This document shows, piece by piece, positions 20,274 through 30,957 of a stretch of DNA of 47,244 bases; position 1 is the stretch's first letter, and every line of letters starts with the position of its first letter. This DNA comes from an uncultured Clostridia bacterium. GTDB lineage: Bacteria > Bacillota > Clostridia > TANB77 > CAG-508. The notes beneath the pieces are model-generated. The model worked only from the letters and a program-made list of their open reading frames with translations. It did no database searches and had not been told where the DNA came from. The position numbers and the translations under genes are program-made. Location of the stretch: NCBI GenBank assembly GCA_947627705.1, contig CANQXL010000002.1:1-47244 (forward strand), given 5' to 3'.

Positions 20274-20993
20274 CTATCCGCCCATATTGGCAACTGCACC
20301 TGGTACATCAACGTTCTTTGGTGTAGTATTGGTATTAGTATTACCTTCTGTATTTGTATTCGTATTTGTATCATCTTTTTCAGTTGTTGATGTGACTGTA
20401 GATAATGAAGAACTATCAATTGGTACATTTCTTATTATAAATGTTGCCTGTAATGCATTTTCACTATATGGAACTAATTGGAATTCTTCTATTCTAAATC
20501 CTAGTTCAGGATCTTTTTCAACATCATATACAAAATCAGATATTGATATATACTCACCTGTTGCAGTGAATGATATATTATATTGACCCTGTGCTCCACT
20601 TGTTCCGTATGTTATATCAGCTCTCATTGCGACATTATTTCTTGTTGCATAAAGACCAATGTTTGTCCATAAATAATCAAGTTTGTATTTTTCTGATTGA
20701 TTAGCAGCTTGTATTTCTTCTTCAGTTGAAAATGCAATTTTTTGTTGATATGTTTCTTTTTCTTGTTGTAATGCATCAAAACTTGCATTTAAATTACTTT
20801 TTGCTACATCATATTCTTGCCTAATCTTTGCTCCAAGATTTGCTATATTATTATCTAATTCATCGTTTTTATCTATTACTTCTTTTACAGAATAACCTAA
20901 TCTAACATTTCCTATTGTTAATCCATAAACAATCATTAATACAAATATTGCAAATAAGATAAGCATTAATATTGATATTAAAAGTTTTCTCAT
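20274..20993 (-). CDS. pilO: PilO-like pilus biogenesis protein
   Basis: 239 aa with an N-terminal TM helix, a coiled-coil segment and a C-terminal alpha/beta domain. ATGA overlap with the pilMN stop. Confidence 0.6.
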   Translation of the reverse strand: MRKLLISILMLILFAIFVLMIVYGLTIGNVRLGYSVKEVIDKNDELDNNIANLGAKIRQEYDVAKSNLNASFDALQQEKETYQQKIAFSTEEEIQAANQSEKYKLDYLWTNIGLYATRNNVAMRADITYGTSGAQGQYNISFTATGEYISISDFVYDVEKDPELGFRIEEFQLVPYSENALQATFIIRNVPIDSSSLSTVTSTTEKDDTNTNTNTEGNTNTNTTPKNVDVPGAVANMGG

Positions 20994-22646
20994 GGCAATT
21001 CTCCTTCTATGGTTACTACTACAAGATTATCTTGTCTTCTAGATGTATCTGAGACAACATTTTGTAATATTCCATCTTGGTTAAGTTTCGCTATGAAGAT
21101 ACCTATTTGTTCAATTCTATCTGATTGTGCTACAATTGTTATTTTAGTTCCTGTGTTTTGAATTAATGTTAATTGTACACTTGTAGGTATTACATACATT
21201 ACCTTATTAAGTAATGTTGGAATTGAATATTTTAATCTTCTGTTTAATGAATCTGTTGCACTCTTTTCGTCTAAGCTTTTTATCAATTCTGTATAATCAG
21301 CTTTTTTGCTATCTAATCTTGTTTTGTCTGCTTGTATAGCTTGAACTTGTTGTCCCACTCTAATATTCTCTACTGCAACTTCATCTAATTTCTTTTGCAT
21401 TTCGTTATATAATACTGAAGATGCTCCACCATATATTAAACATAACAAAATTATTCCGACTGCTCCGTCTTATAAGTCCTTTTTCAAGTCCTGTAATTTC
21501 ACCTTTTAAACTAAAGTTAAATCCGCCATCTCCACCTAATTTGAGTTTGCTTAATATACTTGGTTTGTCTGATGGTTTTTTATTTTTTCCGCCTACTTCA
21601 ATAGACATCCATTCTGGAAGTTTATCTGTTAAAGATTCTTTCTTGAAGTTAACTCCTTGTAATCCTTCTCCTATACCTTGCATTGCTAACGCTATTGCTG
21701 AGTTTACTTCTATATAATCTTTTATATTTATTTCTGTACCTACTGATTTGATAAAGTATGGTCTTAATATTTCACATTTTATATCGCCCAAATATTCCTG
21801 GAAATATATATCAACATTATTTATAACAGAAGCCGTACCTGTTATATAAATTTTATCAATTTTATTTAAACTATCATTTATTATTTTCTTTACTTTACCA
21901 ACGATATTATACAATGTTGGCATTATATCGTCTAAATAAGCATTTTCTTCGTATTGTAATTCTTTTCCTTGAGATGTATATATTGTTGAATTTTTACATA
22001 TTTCATATGATTTTGCGTATGAATTTTCTTTCAAATTTATTTTAGCTAATATTTCACCAACGCCAGTATCTATTTGTGTAATGTCATATATTTTCTGTTC
22101 AATTATAGTTGTAACTGTTGTTGTGTTTTCTATATTTACTATTACAATATTTTCTACATTATCACTTTTTGTAATTTCAAGTAAGTTTGATATGTCAATT
22201 GCGACTGGAGAAATTGCGATTAATTTATATCTGCTTAATAATTCTGCTTTTTTTGCTAGTTCTCCTTTATTTGCAGATATATGAATAGCCTTTAATTTTT
22301 CTTTATCTTCTATATCATCTACAAGTACATATCTGTTCTCAAAAGTATCAACATTTAAGTCCTTTTCATAACAATATGATTCGAACTCTGTTTTTATAAA
22401 ACTTTTTATATCTTTTTTGGCTAATAAATTGAATACATAAAAATAATTATAGTTCTCATTGGATAAATTTATACTGATTGGCGTTTTATAACTATATGTT
22501 TCTTCAATAACTTGTTCTATTGCATCATGTAATTTGTCATAAAACTTAATTCCAAATGAATCAATTTTTATTATATCATTGTCTTTTGAAACTTTAGCAT
22601 ATTTAATTATATTTTCTTCGATATATAATCCAAGGCAACTTGACAT
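20990..22646 (-). CDS. pilM: PilM-PilN fusion protein, one +1 shift at in-frame CGG
   Basis: ATG at 22646 after AAGGAGAAG (MSSCLGLYIEENIIKYAKVS..., actin-like ATPase fold of PilM). GLEKGLIR joins GAVGIILLCLIYGGASSVLYNEMQKKL (TM helix plus PilN-like region) at plus-strand CCG 21465-21467. Confidence 0.7.
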
Positions 22647-22849
22647 GTTCTTCTCCTTTGTTTTTTTATTATTTCTCAATCTATGTTTAACAAATTATAG
22701 ACATTTAATACTTGAAAATTTTTCGTATTTTGCATAATTTTCGTTTTTATTACAAATATCACCTTACCATGTTTTTATTTTATTATTTTTTTTATAAATG
22801 TCAATACATTTCACGTAAATGTAACAAAATTGTAAAGATGTTGTAATAT

Positions 22850-24889
22850 TTATTTACTTTTTTTAGTTCTTTTATTTGTTTTAGTTGTTTTTTTGGCTCT
22901 TGTTGCTTTTGCTTTTTTGTTCTCTTTTCCTGGTTTATTCCATGAAATATAATCGCAATTTCCACTTGGGTTATTGTTTTCACATATATAAAATTTTCTA
23001 CCTTTTTTACTTTTTTTAACTTGTATTTTTCCGCCACATTTTGGGCATACTTCTTTTATTGTTTCAACTATAGGTTTTGTATTTTTACATTCTGGATAAC
23101 CTGGGCATGCTAAAAATTTACCATATCTACCATATTTTATGACCATCATTCTTCCGCATTTTTCACATGGGATATTAGTAACTTCTTCTTCAATTTTAAC
23201 GTGTTCTAATTCTTTTTTAGCCTTTTCTAGTTCTTCAGAAAAAGGTTTATAAAATTCTCTTATTATTTTTTTCCATTCTTCCTTGCCTTCTGCAATGTTG
23301 TCAAATTCCTTTTCTATTTCAGCCGTAAAATCAACGTTAACAATGTCTTTAAAATTATTTATTAATAAATTATTTACAACTTCTCCAAGTTCCGTTGGAA
23401 GTAATTGCTTTTGTTCTTTCTCTATATAACGTCTTTCAAGTATTGTAGTAATTGTTGGTGAATAAGTACTAGGTCTACCTATTCCCTTTTCTTCAAGTGC
23501 TTTTACAAGACTTGCTTCAGTATATCTTGGTGGTGGCTCTGTAAAGCTTTGCTTTGGTTCTACTTTTTCCTTTTTTAATTCTTCATTTTCTTTTAATTCT
23601 TGAATTTTTTCTTCTATTTCGTCTTGTCCTTCAAAGTATACAGCCATAAATCCCTTAAACTTCATTGTTTGACCGTTCGCTTTGAAATTGTGTTTTCCAG
23701 CATCAATAGAAACTGAGACAGTATCAAAAACTGCAGGAGCCATTTGACTTGCAAGGAATCTATTATATATTAATTTGTATAATTTATATTGATCATTTGT
23801 TAAATCATTTTTTACACTATCTGGAGTAAGCTCAACATATGTTGGTCTTATTGCTTCGTGTGCATCTTGAGAATCTTTACTTGTTTTATAATATCTATTT
23901 TCGTAATATTCTTTTCCATAGTTTGCTTCTATTTCTTTTTTGGCTGCTGCTCTTGCAACTTCAGAGATTCTTGTTGAGTCTGTTCTCATGTATGTTATAA
24001 GCCCAATATGCCCCCTATCTCCTATCTTTAATCCTTCATATAATCCTTGTGCAACTGACATAGTCTTTTTTAGTGTAAAGCCAAGTTTTCTAGATGCTTC
24101 CTGTTGCATTGTACTTGTTGTAAATGGTGGCGCAGGTGTCCTTTTCTTTTCACTTTTCTTTATTGCTTTTACAATAAATTTTTCTTTATTTATATCTTTT
24201 AAAACTGCATTTACCTGTTCTTCATTTTTTAACTCTTCTTTTTTTCCATCCTGTCCGATATATTTTGCTTCAAATATTGTCTTTGTTTCTTTATCTGAAA
24301 GCTTAATATAGATGTTCCAATATTCTTCTGGAACAAACTTTTTAATTTCTTCTTCTCTATCTACTATTAATTTAACTGCAACAGATTGAACTCTACCTGC
24401 AGAAAGTCCTCTTCTAACTTTTGCCCAAAGTAGTGGACTTATTTGATATCCAACTATTCTGTCTAATACTCTTCTTGCTTGTTGTGCATCTATTAAATTT
24501 TTATCTAATGTTCTTGGATTTTTAATTGCTTCTTGTACTGCATTTTTTGTAATTTCATTAAAAGTAACTCTATTTGTCTCATTTTCATCTATATCTAATA
24601 TATGTGCTAAATGCCATGCTATTGCTTCACCTTCGCGGTCAGGGTCAGTTGCGATATATACTTTTTTTGCATTTGATGCATCTTTTTTTAAAGATTTAAT
24701 TAAATCTCCCTTTCCCCTAATATTTATATATTCTGGTTCAAAATCATTTTCTATATTAACACCAAGCTTTGATTTCGGAAGATCTCTAATATGTCCCATT
24801 GATGCTACAACTTTTGTGCTTCCGCCTAAAAATTTTCTTATTGTATTTGCTTTAGCTGGTGATTCCACAATAATTAATCTATCTGCCAC
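22850..24889 (-). CDS. topA: DNA topoisomerase I
   Basis: Intact 679 aa, GTG start. Toprim LIIVESPAKA, DPDREGEAIAWH, active-site region GLITYMRTDS, C-terminal zinc ribbons and a Lys-rich tail. No in-frame CGG. Confidence 0.95.
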   Translation of the reverse strand: MADRLIIVESPAKANTIRKFLGGSTKVVASMGHIRDLPKSKLGVNIENDFEPEYINIRGKGDLIKSLKKDASNAKKVYIATDPDREGEAIAWHLAHILDIDENETNRVTFNEITKNAVQEAIKNPRTLDKNLIDAQQARRVLDRIVGYQISPLLWAKVRRGLSAGRVQSVAVKLIVDREEEIKKFVPEEYWNIYIKLSDKETKTIFEAKYIGQDGKKEELKNEEQVNAVLKDINKEKFIVKAIKKSEKKRTPAPPFTTSTMQQEASRKLGFTLKKTMSVAQGLYEGLKIGDRGHIGLITYMRTDSTRISEVARAAAKKEIEANYGKEYYENRYYKTSKDSQDAHEAIRPTYVELTPDSVKNDLTNDQYKLYKLIYNRFLASQMAPAVFDTVSVSIDAGKHNFKANGQTMKFKGFMAVYFEGQDEIEEKIQELKENEELKKEKVEPKQSFTEPPPRYTEASLVKALEEKGIGRPSTYSPTITTILERRYIEKEQKQLLPTELGEVVNNLLINNFKDIVNVDFTAEIEKEFDNIAEGKEEWKKIIREFYKPFSEELEKAKKELEHVKIEEEVTNIPCEKCGRMMVIKYGRYGKFLACPGYPECKNTKPIVETIKEVCPKCGGKIQVKKSKKGRKFYICENNNPSGNCDYISWNKPGKENKKAKATRAKKTTKTNKRTKKSK

Positions 24890-24993
24890 TTGATTTCCTC
24901 CATTCCTTTGCTTATTTTACATTAAGTTTTTATATAAGTCAACCTATTTTTTTACTTTTCTTTTAAAAGTTTATCTATGATATGTAAAATGAT

Positions 24994-27617
24994 TTATTTT
25001 ACATATTCTTTATTAGAACGTTCAAAAATTAAAAGAATAATTAGCATAATGATTCCGAAGCAAGCTTATTAGTGCTCCTTGATTAAATCCTTCAGGCATA
25101 AATTCAAGAGTTATATCATGATATCCTTCTTCTATTTTCACAGCCATTAGTGTATCCATAACTTCTATTTTTTGTGCATCTTCTCCATCTACCTTAATTG
25201 TCCATCCATTATCATATGGAATAGTAAATAATAAATATCTATCATTCTCTTTGATGTTTACTTTTCCTTCATATTTTCTTCCACTAATTTCTCTTAAATC
25301 AACCTGTTCATTTTTTAAAATATCGTAATATTTTTTTAAATTATCTTCATTTTCAATATAAAATAATTCATTATCTATTGTAAGCTCGTCGCCTTTAAGT
25401 TCAATTTCAACTTTTACATTATCATTTTTATTGAAACTGCCTATATATATCATTTTGTTTGTATCGCCAACTGGCTTTAGCATCATTGGTTTATTATTCA
25501 CGTTTAAGTAAATTTCTGTTATATTTTTCCCCACTAAATAAAGGTATAGATTTCCTGTCTCTTCTACTTCAATTTCATATATTATTTTTGCATCTTCTTC
25601 TTTATTTAGTTTTGTATATTTTCTTCCGTTTTTTTCAACATTTTCTGTTTCTTTATTTATTTTTTCTTTTTGCTTTGTGTAAACTTCTATATCTAGTCCA
25701 GAAATATTTTTTAAAATTTTGTTTTGATAGTCGAAAGGATTTTGAAAATTTATTTTATTTAGCACATCTTCTGATACGCCAACTCCTAGACTTAGAGCAT
25801 ATGTATTGATATATATTTTCTTACCTTCATCATATATCGGATAATTTTTTTCTAAATCTCCTTGAAGTGCTCCTATCAAATATTTTACACCAAATAGCAT
25901 ATCCATTGCCTTTGTATTGCCAACATCTGATATTACAGAAACATGATATCTTGAATATCCGAAGATTATCTAAAAAATCATGTACCTTCTTTGAATAGGT
26001 CGATCCAGAATATCCAAATCCGCTTAAATCCGAAGTTAATGCCATCATTCGTACTTAATCTATCTCTTGTCTCTACTCTGTATATTGAATTATCTTTTTC
26101 ACTTAAGCTTTGTATATTACTATCAAAATATGAGCTTAAAACTTTATATTGATCATATTGATTTTTGCTTGCATTATCCATTATAATTTTCACATTTGCA
26201 TTAGCATTTACTATAAGATTTGATATGCTTAATACAGCTATTATTATTGGTATAATACATGCAATTTTTGCTTTAAAATTTGCTTTATATAATAATAACA
26301 TTATTCCAAATATTAATGTTAGAATCAAATCATATTTTATATAATTTTCATTTATTACTCCTAGATTTAGTTTTATAACAAGAATACCTATTATCTCGCA
26401 TACTGCAGTAGTTAATATTATTTTTAAATAGTTTGTCCCTTGTTTAATATTTTCAAATGATCTATATGCAGTAATTATATAGATAAATATAAAGCAAAAA
26501 GTATATCTGTACTTATACCAAGCTGGACTATTTCCAAGTGACCAAATAAGGTTTACACCTTTTATATAAAAACTTGCTATAAAAATTGCAAACACTAAAA
26601 GTGTAAGAATTTTTTCTTTTATAGATATTTTAGAATTTGTAAAATATAATATACACAAAATATTAGTTAATATTCCGCAAAACAATATTGGCATTGCATA
26701 ATTTTTTATTTCTTCAAAATTAAACTGATTTGTGAAAAATCTACTAAATATATTTTGTATTTCAAAATTTTTTTCAAATGTTATATTTTTTAAGCTAAAT
26801 TGTGCTCTACCTTCTCCGTATTCCAATAAAAGCTGGCAATAGCACTACTCCTGCGACTAATACTGCAATTATGGAACAAATAATAAATTTTCCTGATTTT
26901 TTTAGGATATTTTTAATTTTTATTTTTTCTGAACACAATAATTTATATACAAAATATATCAAAGAGAAAATGCATATCATAAATCCTATGTAATAGTTTG
27001 TTATAAGACATATCGATAATATTATTGTATACAAAACTCCCTTATTCTTTTCTATTAAATTATCAATTCCAAGGATAAGTATAGGAAGTAATATTGCACC
27101 ATCAAGCCACATTATATTAAAGCCATAACATATCATAAAAGAAGCTAAAGCATACATGCTAGAAAATATTAGGTTTGTCCACTTTGTCTCTTTTCTTTTA
27201 CTTAAATAATAAAACATAGTAAAGCCCATACTTGCTGTCTTTAATAAAACAATCACCTGAAATGCATATACTATATCGGTTTTATTAAAAAATAACATTA
27301 TTAAATTAAATGGGCTAAATAAGTAATATGCAAAAAGCCCATACATCTCATGTCCTATTGATGCTTCTAAAGAATAAAATATGCTAGAATTTCCTGAAAG
27401 CACATTCTTAAAATAGCCTAAATAGCTCGAATATTGAGCATAGGCATCAACTGGCAAATATGTATTTTGTCCAAACGGATATATTTTAAAATGTAAAGCT
27501 ATCCCGAATAAGCACAAATAAAGGAATTAAAAAAGATGCTAAATAAAGTAGTATCTTTTTTATTATTGTGTTTTCTATTCTAATTTTTAATATCTTCTCT
27601 ATCTTTTCGTTACTCAT
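24994..27617 (-). CDS. yfhO: YfhO-family polytopic membrane protein (putative glycosyltransferase), five +1 shifts at in-frame CGG
   Basis: ATG at 27617 overlaps the murG stop (ATGA). Pieces join at plus-strand CCG 27504-27506 (PLFVLI-GIALHFKIYPFGQ), 26816-26818 (AFIGI-GEGRAQFSLK), 26020-26022 (NFGFK-GFGYSGSTYSKK), 25959-25961 (LDNL-GYSRYHVSVISDVGNTKAMDM) and 25055-25057 (ISLL-GIIMLIILLIFERSNKEYVK-stop at 24994). Confidence 0.75.
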
Positions 27618-28736
27618 TTATTTTCCTTTAATAATTTTTGTATTTCTCCATATATTTTATCACTTGTATCTTTAATAGATACTTTTCTTGCTAAATTTCC
27701 CATCTCTTCTAAATTATTATTTGATAGCATTTCTTCAATTGTACTATGCAAGCTTTCAGCGTTTAATTCATCATTTTTTATGATTTTAGCTGCTCCGCAC
27801 ATGTTCTAATACTTCTGCATTATATTGTTGGTGATTATGTGAAACATTTGGAAGTGGAACAAGTATTGATGCTTTTCCTAGATTTGCAATTTCTGTAATT
27901 GTTGTTGCACCGCTTCTACAAACCAAAATTTCCGCTGCACACATTGTTTCTTGAAGCTCATATATATATGGTACAACTTTTATTCCATCTAACTTATCAA
28001 TTGAACTTCCCTTTTCTTTTAGGTTATCTTTAATAACATCATATTGTTTTTGCCCAGCAACAAGTAGTATCTCATAATTTTTATTTAATTTCTTTTCTTC
28101 AATCGAGATTACAGCATCATTTATTGCTTTTGCTCCCTGACTACCACCAAATGCAAGTACTGTTGGCTTTGCTGGATTTAATTTGTATTCTTCTTTTAAT
28201 TTTATTTTTTCTGCTAAATTTAATTCTGATTTTAGAACCCTTGTTGGTGTTCCTGTAAGTACTATCTTTTTTGCTTTTGGAATTCTTGGTATTGCATCTT
28301 CAAAGCTTACCATTATGACATCTGTTCTTTTTGCAAGCATCTTTACTGCTTTTCCTGGGAAAGCATTGCTTTCATGTAACATTGTAGGTATTTTAAGCCT
28401 ACTTGCAGCCATGATAACAGCTCCACATATGTATCCACCTGTACCTATTACTAAGTCAGGTTTAAATTCTTTTATTATCTTTTTAGCTTGTGAATAACCT
28501 TTTAAAGTCTTTATCATTTTCTTTAAATTGTCTATATTTATTTTTTTGCTTAGTCCATATGCCTCTATTGTTTTTAAACTATAACCAGCTCTTGGAACTA
28601 AATCTACTTCAAGTCCCCTATCTGTTCCAATAAACAATATATCAGCACTATGATTTTCTTCTTTTATTTTATTTGCAATTGCAATTCCTGGATTAATATG
28701 ACCACCAGTCCCTGCGCAAGCAATTATAACCTTCAT
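27614..28736 (-). CDS. murG: UDP-N-acetylglucosamine--N-acetylmuramyl-(pentapeptide) pyrophosphoryl-undecaprenol GlcNAc transferase MurG, one +1 shift at in-frame CGG
   Basis: MKVIIACAGTGGHINPGIAIA...; NAEVLEHV joins GAAKIIKNDEL at plus-strand CCG 27795-27797. Confidence 0.9.
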
Positions 28737-28814
28737 CTTTTATTCATTCCTTTCGCTTTTTTTTTAAAGCTAAATAATGCCATTTAAGTATTTTTCCTAA
28801 ACTTCATATTATTT

Positions 28815-29979
28815 TCAGACTTTTTGACTCTGCCTTGATATATTTAAAAGTATTCCGAACGGACACGAGCAATATTAGAAGTGAAGTTCCACCATAACTA
28901 AAGAATGGAAGTTGCATTCCTGTATTTGGTATTGATGATGTAACAACTCCTATATTTATCATTGCTTGAAGTCCAACTATTGAAGAAATTCCGAACTGCG
29001 AGCAAACTTCCAAACATATCTGGAGCTTTCATTGCTATAACAACCCCTCTCCATACAAAAAGTACGAAAAGTAATATAACAACAACACATCCCACGAATC
29101 CTAATTCTTCTGCTATAATTGCAAATATAAAGTCATTTTGAGGTTCAGGTATGTATAAATATTTTTGCGTGCTATTTCCAAGACCTACGCCAAATAATCC
29201 ACCGTGAGCCTATTGCATATAATCCTTGAATTACCTGCCATCCTGAATCTTGTGCATCAGCCCATGGATTTAAAAATGATGTAAGTCTGCCTATTCTGTA
29301 TTCTCCTTTATGAAATACCGTAGCCATAACATATAATGCACCTAATCCACCTGCTGCTCCAAGAGAACCAAATGTTATGAAATTTCTAAGTTTACTTCCT
29401 GCCATTAACATCATTATTGAAACAACTGCAATAATTAAAATAGATGCACTTAAGTGTGACTGAACTATTACTAATACTAATATTATTGGTAAAAGGTAAA
29501 AAAGAATTGGTTTAAAAAATCCATCCCACATTTTACCTAAATTTTCTCTGTTATCTGTAAGATATGATGCAAAAAATACAACTAAAGCTACTTTTGCAAT
29601 TTCTGATGGTTGAAAGGTCATTCCAAGTGACTTTATATATATCCATCTTGCAGCTCCTCCACCTTCCCATCTTAGTCCTGGAACCATTACTAGGAAAAGT
29701 AATATTAAGCTTGCAAAATATAAAAGTTTGTCAAATCTTTTATATATTCTGTAATCTATTTTTGACACAATATACATAAGTATTAAGCCGAAGAATTGCA
29801 GCTCCTGCTTGCTTTTTTACATATGAATAACTGTCTCCATCTTCTGCTAAGGCAGATGGAGAGCTTGCTGATAATACCATAACTATTCCTAAAGCAAGCA
29901 TTATAAGTACAACCATAATCAATATAAAGTCAAAAGGTTTTTGTTTTATATTATTATTTTGCTTATTATTTTTAGCCAA
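28815..29979 (-). CDS. ftsW: SEDS-family peptidoglycan polymerase FtsW/SpoVE, four +1 shifts at in-frame CGG
   Basis: Joins at plus-strand CCG 29788-29790 (GAAIL-GLILMYIVSKIDY), 29202-29204 ([40 protein letters not shown]), 28991-28993 (SLLAV-GISSIVGLQAMINIGV) and 28855-28857 (LLVSV-GILLNISRQSQKV-stop at 28815). TTG start at 29979 after GGAGGAG. Confidence 0.85.
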
Positions 29980-29999
29980 GCCATTCTCCTCCTATAAAT

Positions 30000-30953
30000 T
30001 TAAACTATCAATATTGCTATAATACAAAATACAAGTGTTATAACACTAAATGTAGATACAATTTTTCCTTCTTTCCATCCTGAAAGTTCAAAATGGTGGT
30101 GAAGTGGTGTCATTTTGAATATTCTATTTCCTGTCTTTTTGAAATATACAACTTGCAGTATAACTGAAATTGTTTCAAGTATTGGTATTATGGCGGTAAC
30201 AATCAGAATAAGTGGCATTTTTAAGTAAAGAGCCATAATTACTATTGCCCCACCGAAGTAAAAGAGAGCCTGTATCTCCCATAAAAATTTTAGCTGGGTG
30301 CAAATTGAATATTAAAAATCCAAGGCATGCTCCACAAAGTACGCAACCTAGAATTGCAATTTCGTAAACTTCGTATTTAAGTGCAATTACAGATAAGCAT
30401 GCTATTATTATCATTGATATAGAAGATGCAAGACCATCTATACCATCTGTTAAATTTACAGCATTTGTCGTTCCAAGCATTACAAATATTACAAAAGGTA
30501 TATATAGTATAAGTGGTATAACAAATTCTATCTTTAATATAGGTACTATTGTTCCGAGTTCCTATACCTGTATGTATTAAAAATAACGCAAAGGCTACAG
30601 ATATAATCAGTAGTCCGTAGTATTTTGTATGTTGGTTTTAACCCTTCTGTATCTTTTAAAATTAACTTTTTAAAATCATCTACAAATCCAACAGCTCCAA
30701 ATCCAAGTACTGCTATTGTTAATGGAAGTATTTTTTCATTTGTAGTGTATAACATTATAGTTCCAATTACTAAAGTAATTGCAATTATAATTCCCCCCAT
30801 TGTAGGAGTCCCCTGTTTTATAAGGTGACTACGTGGTCCATATTCTCTTTCTATCTGCCCTATTTTGAATTTTCTAAGTATTGGTAATAATACTGTAGAT
30901 GTAACTACTGAAATTATAAAGCTTATTATGACAATTTTTATTTGCAGGTTCAT
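30000..30953 (-). CDS. mraY: Phospho-N-acetylmuramoyl-pentapeptide transferase MraY, three +1 shifts at in-frame CGG
   Basis: Joins at plus-strand CCG 30615-30617 ([25 protein letters not shown]), 30554-30556 ([15 protein letters not shown]...[19 protein letters not shown]) and 30253-30255 ([23 protein letters not shown]). Confidence 0.9.
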
Positions 30954-30957
30954 CTAT

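Noticed and set aside
22801-23037. ORF 22801-23037(-) as a separate small basic protein downstream of topA
   Set aside because: It is an alternate frame overlapping the Lys-rich C-terminal tail of topA. The topA frame is continuous and conserved through 22850.
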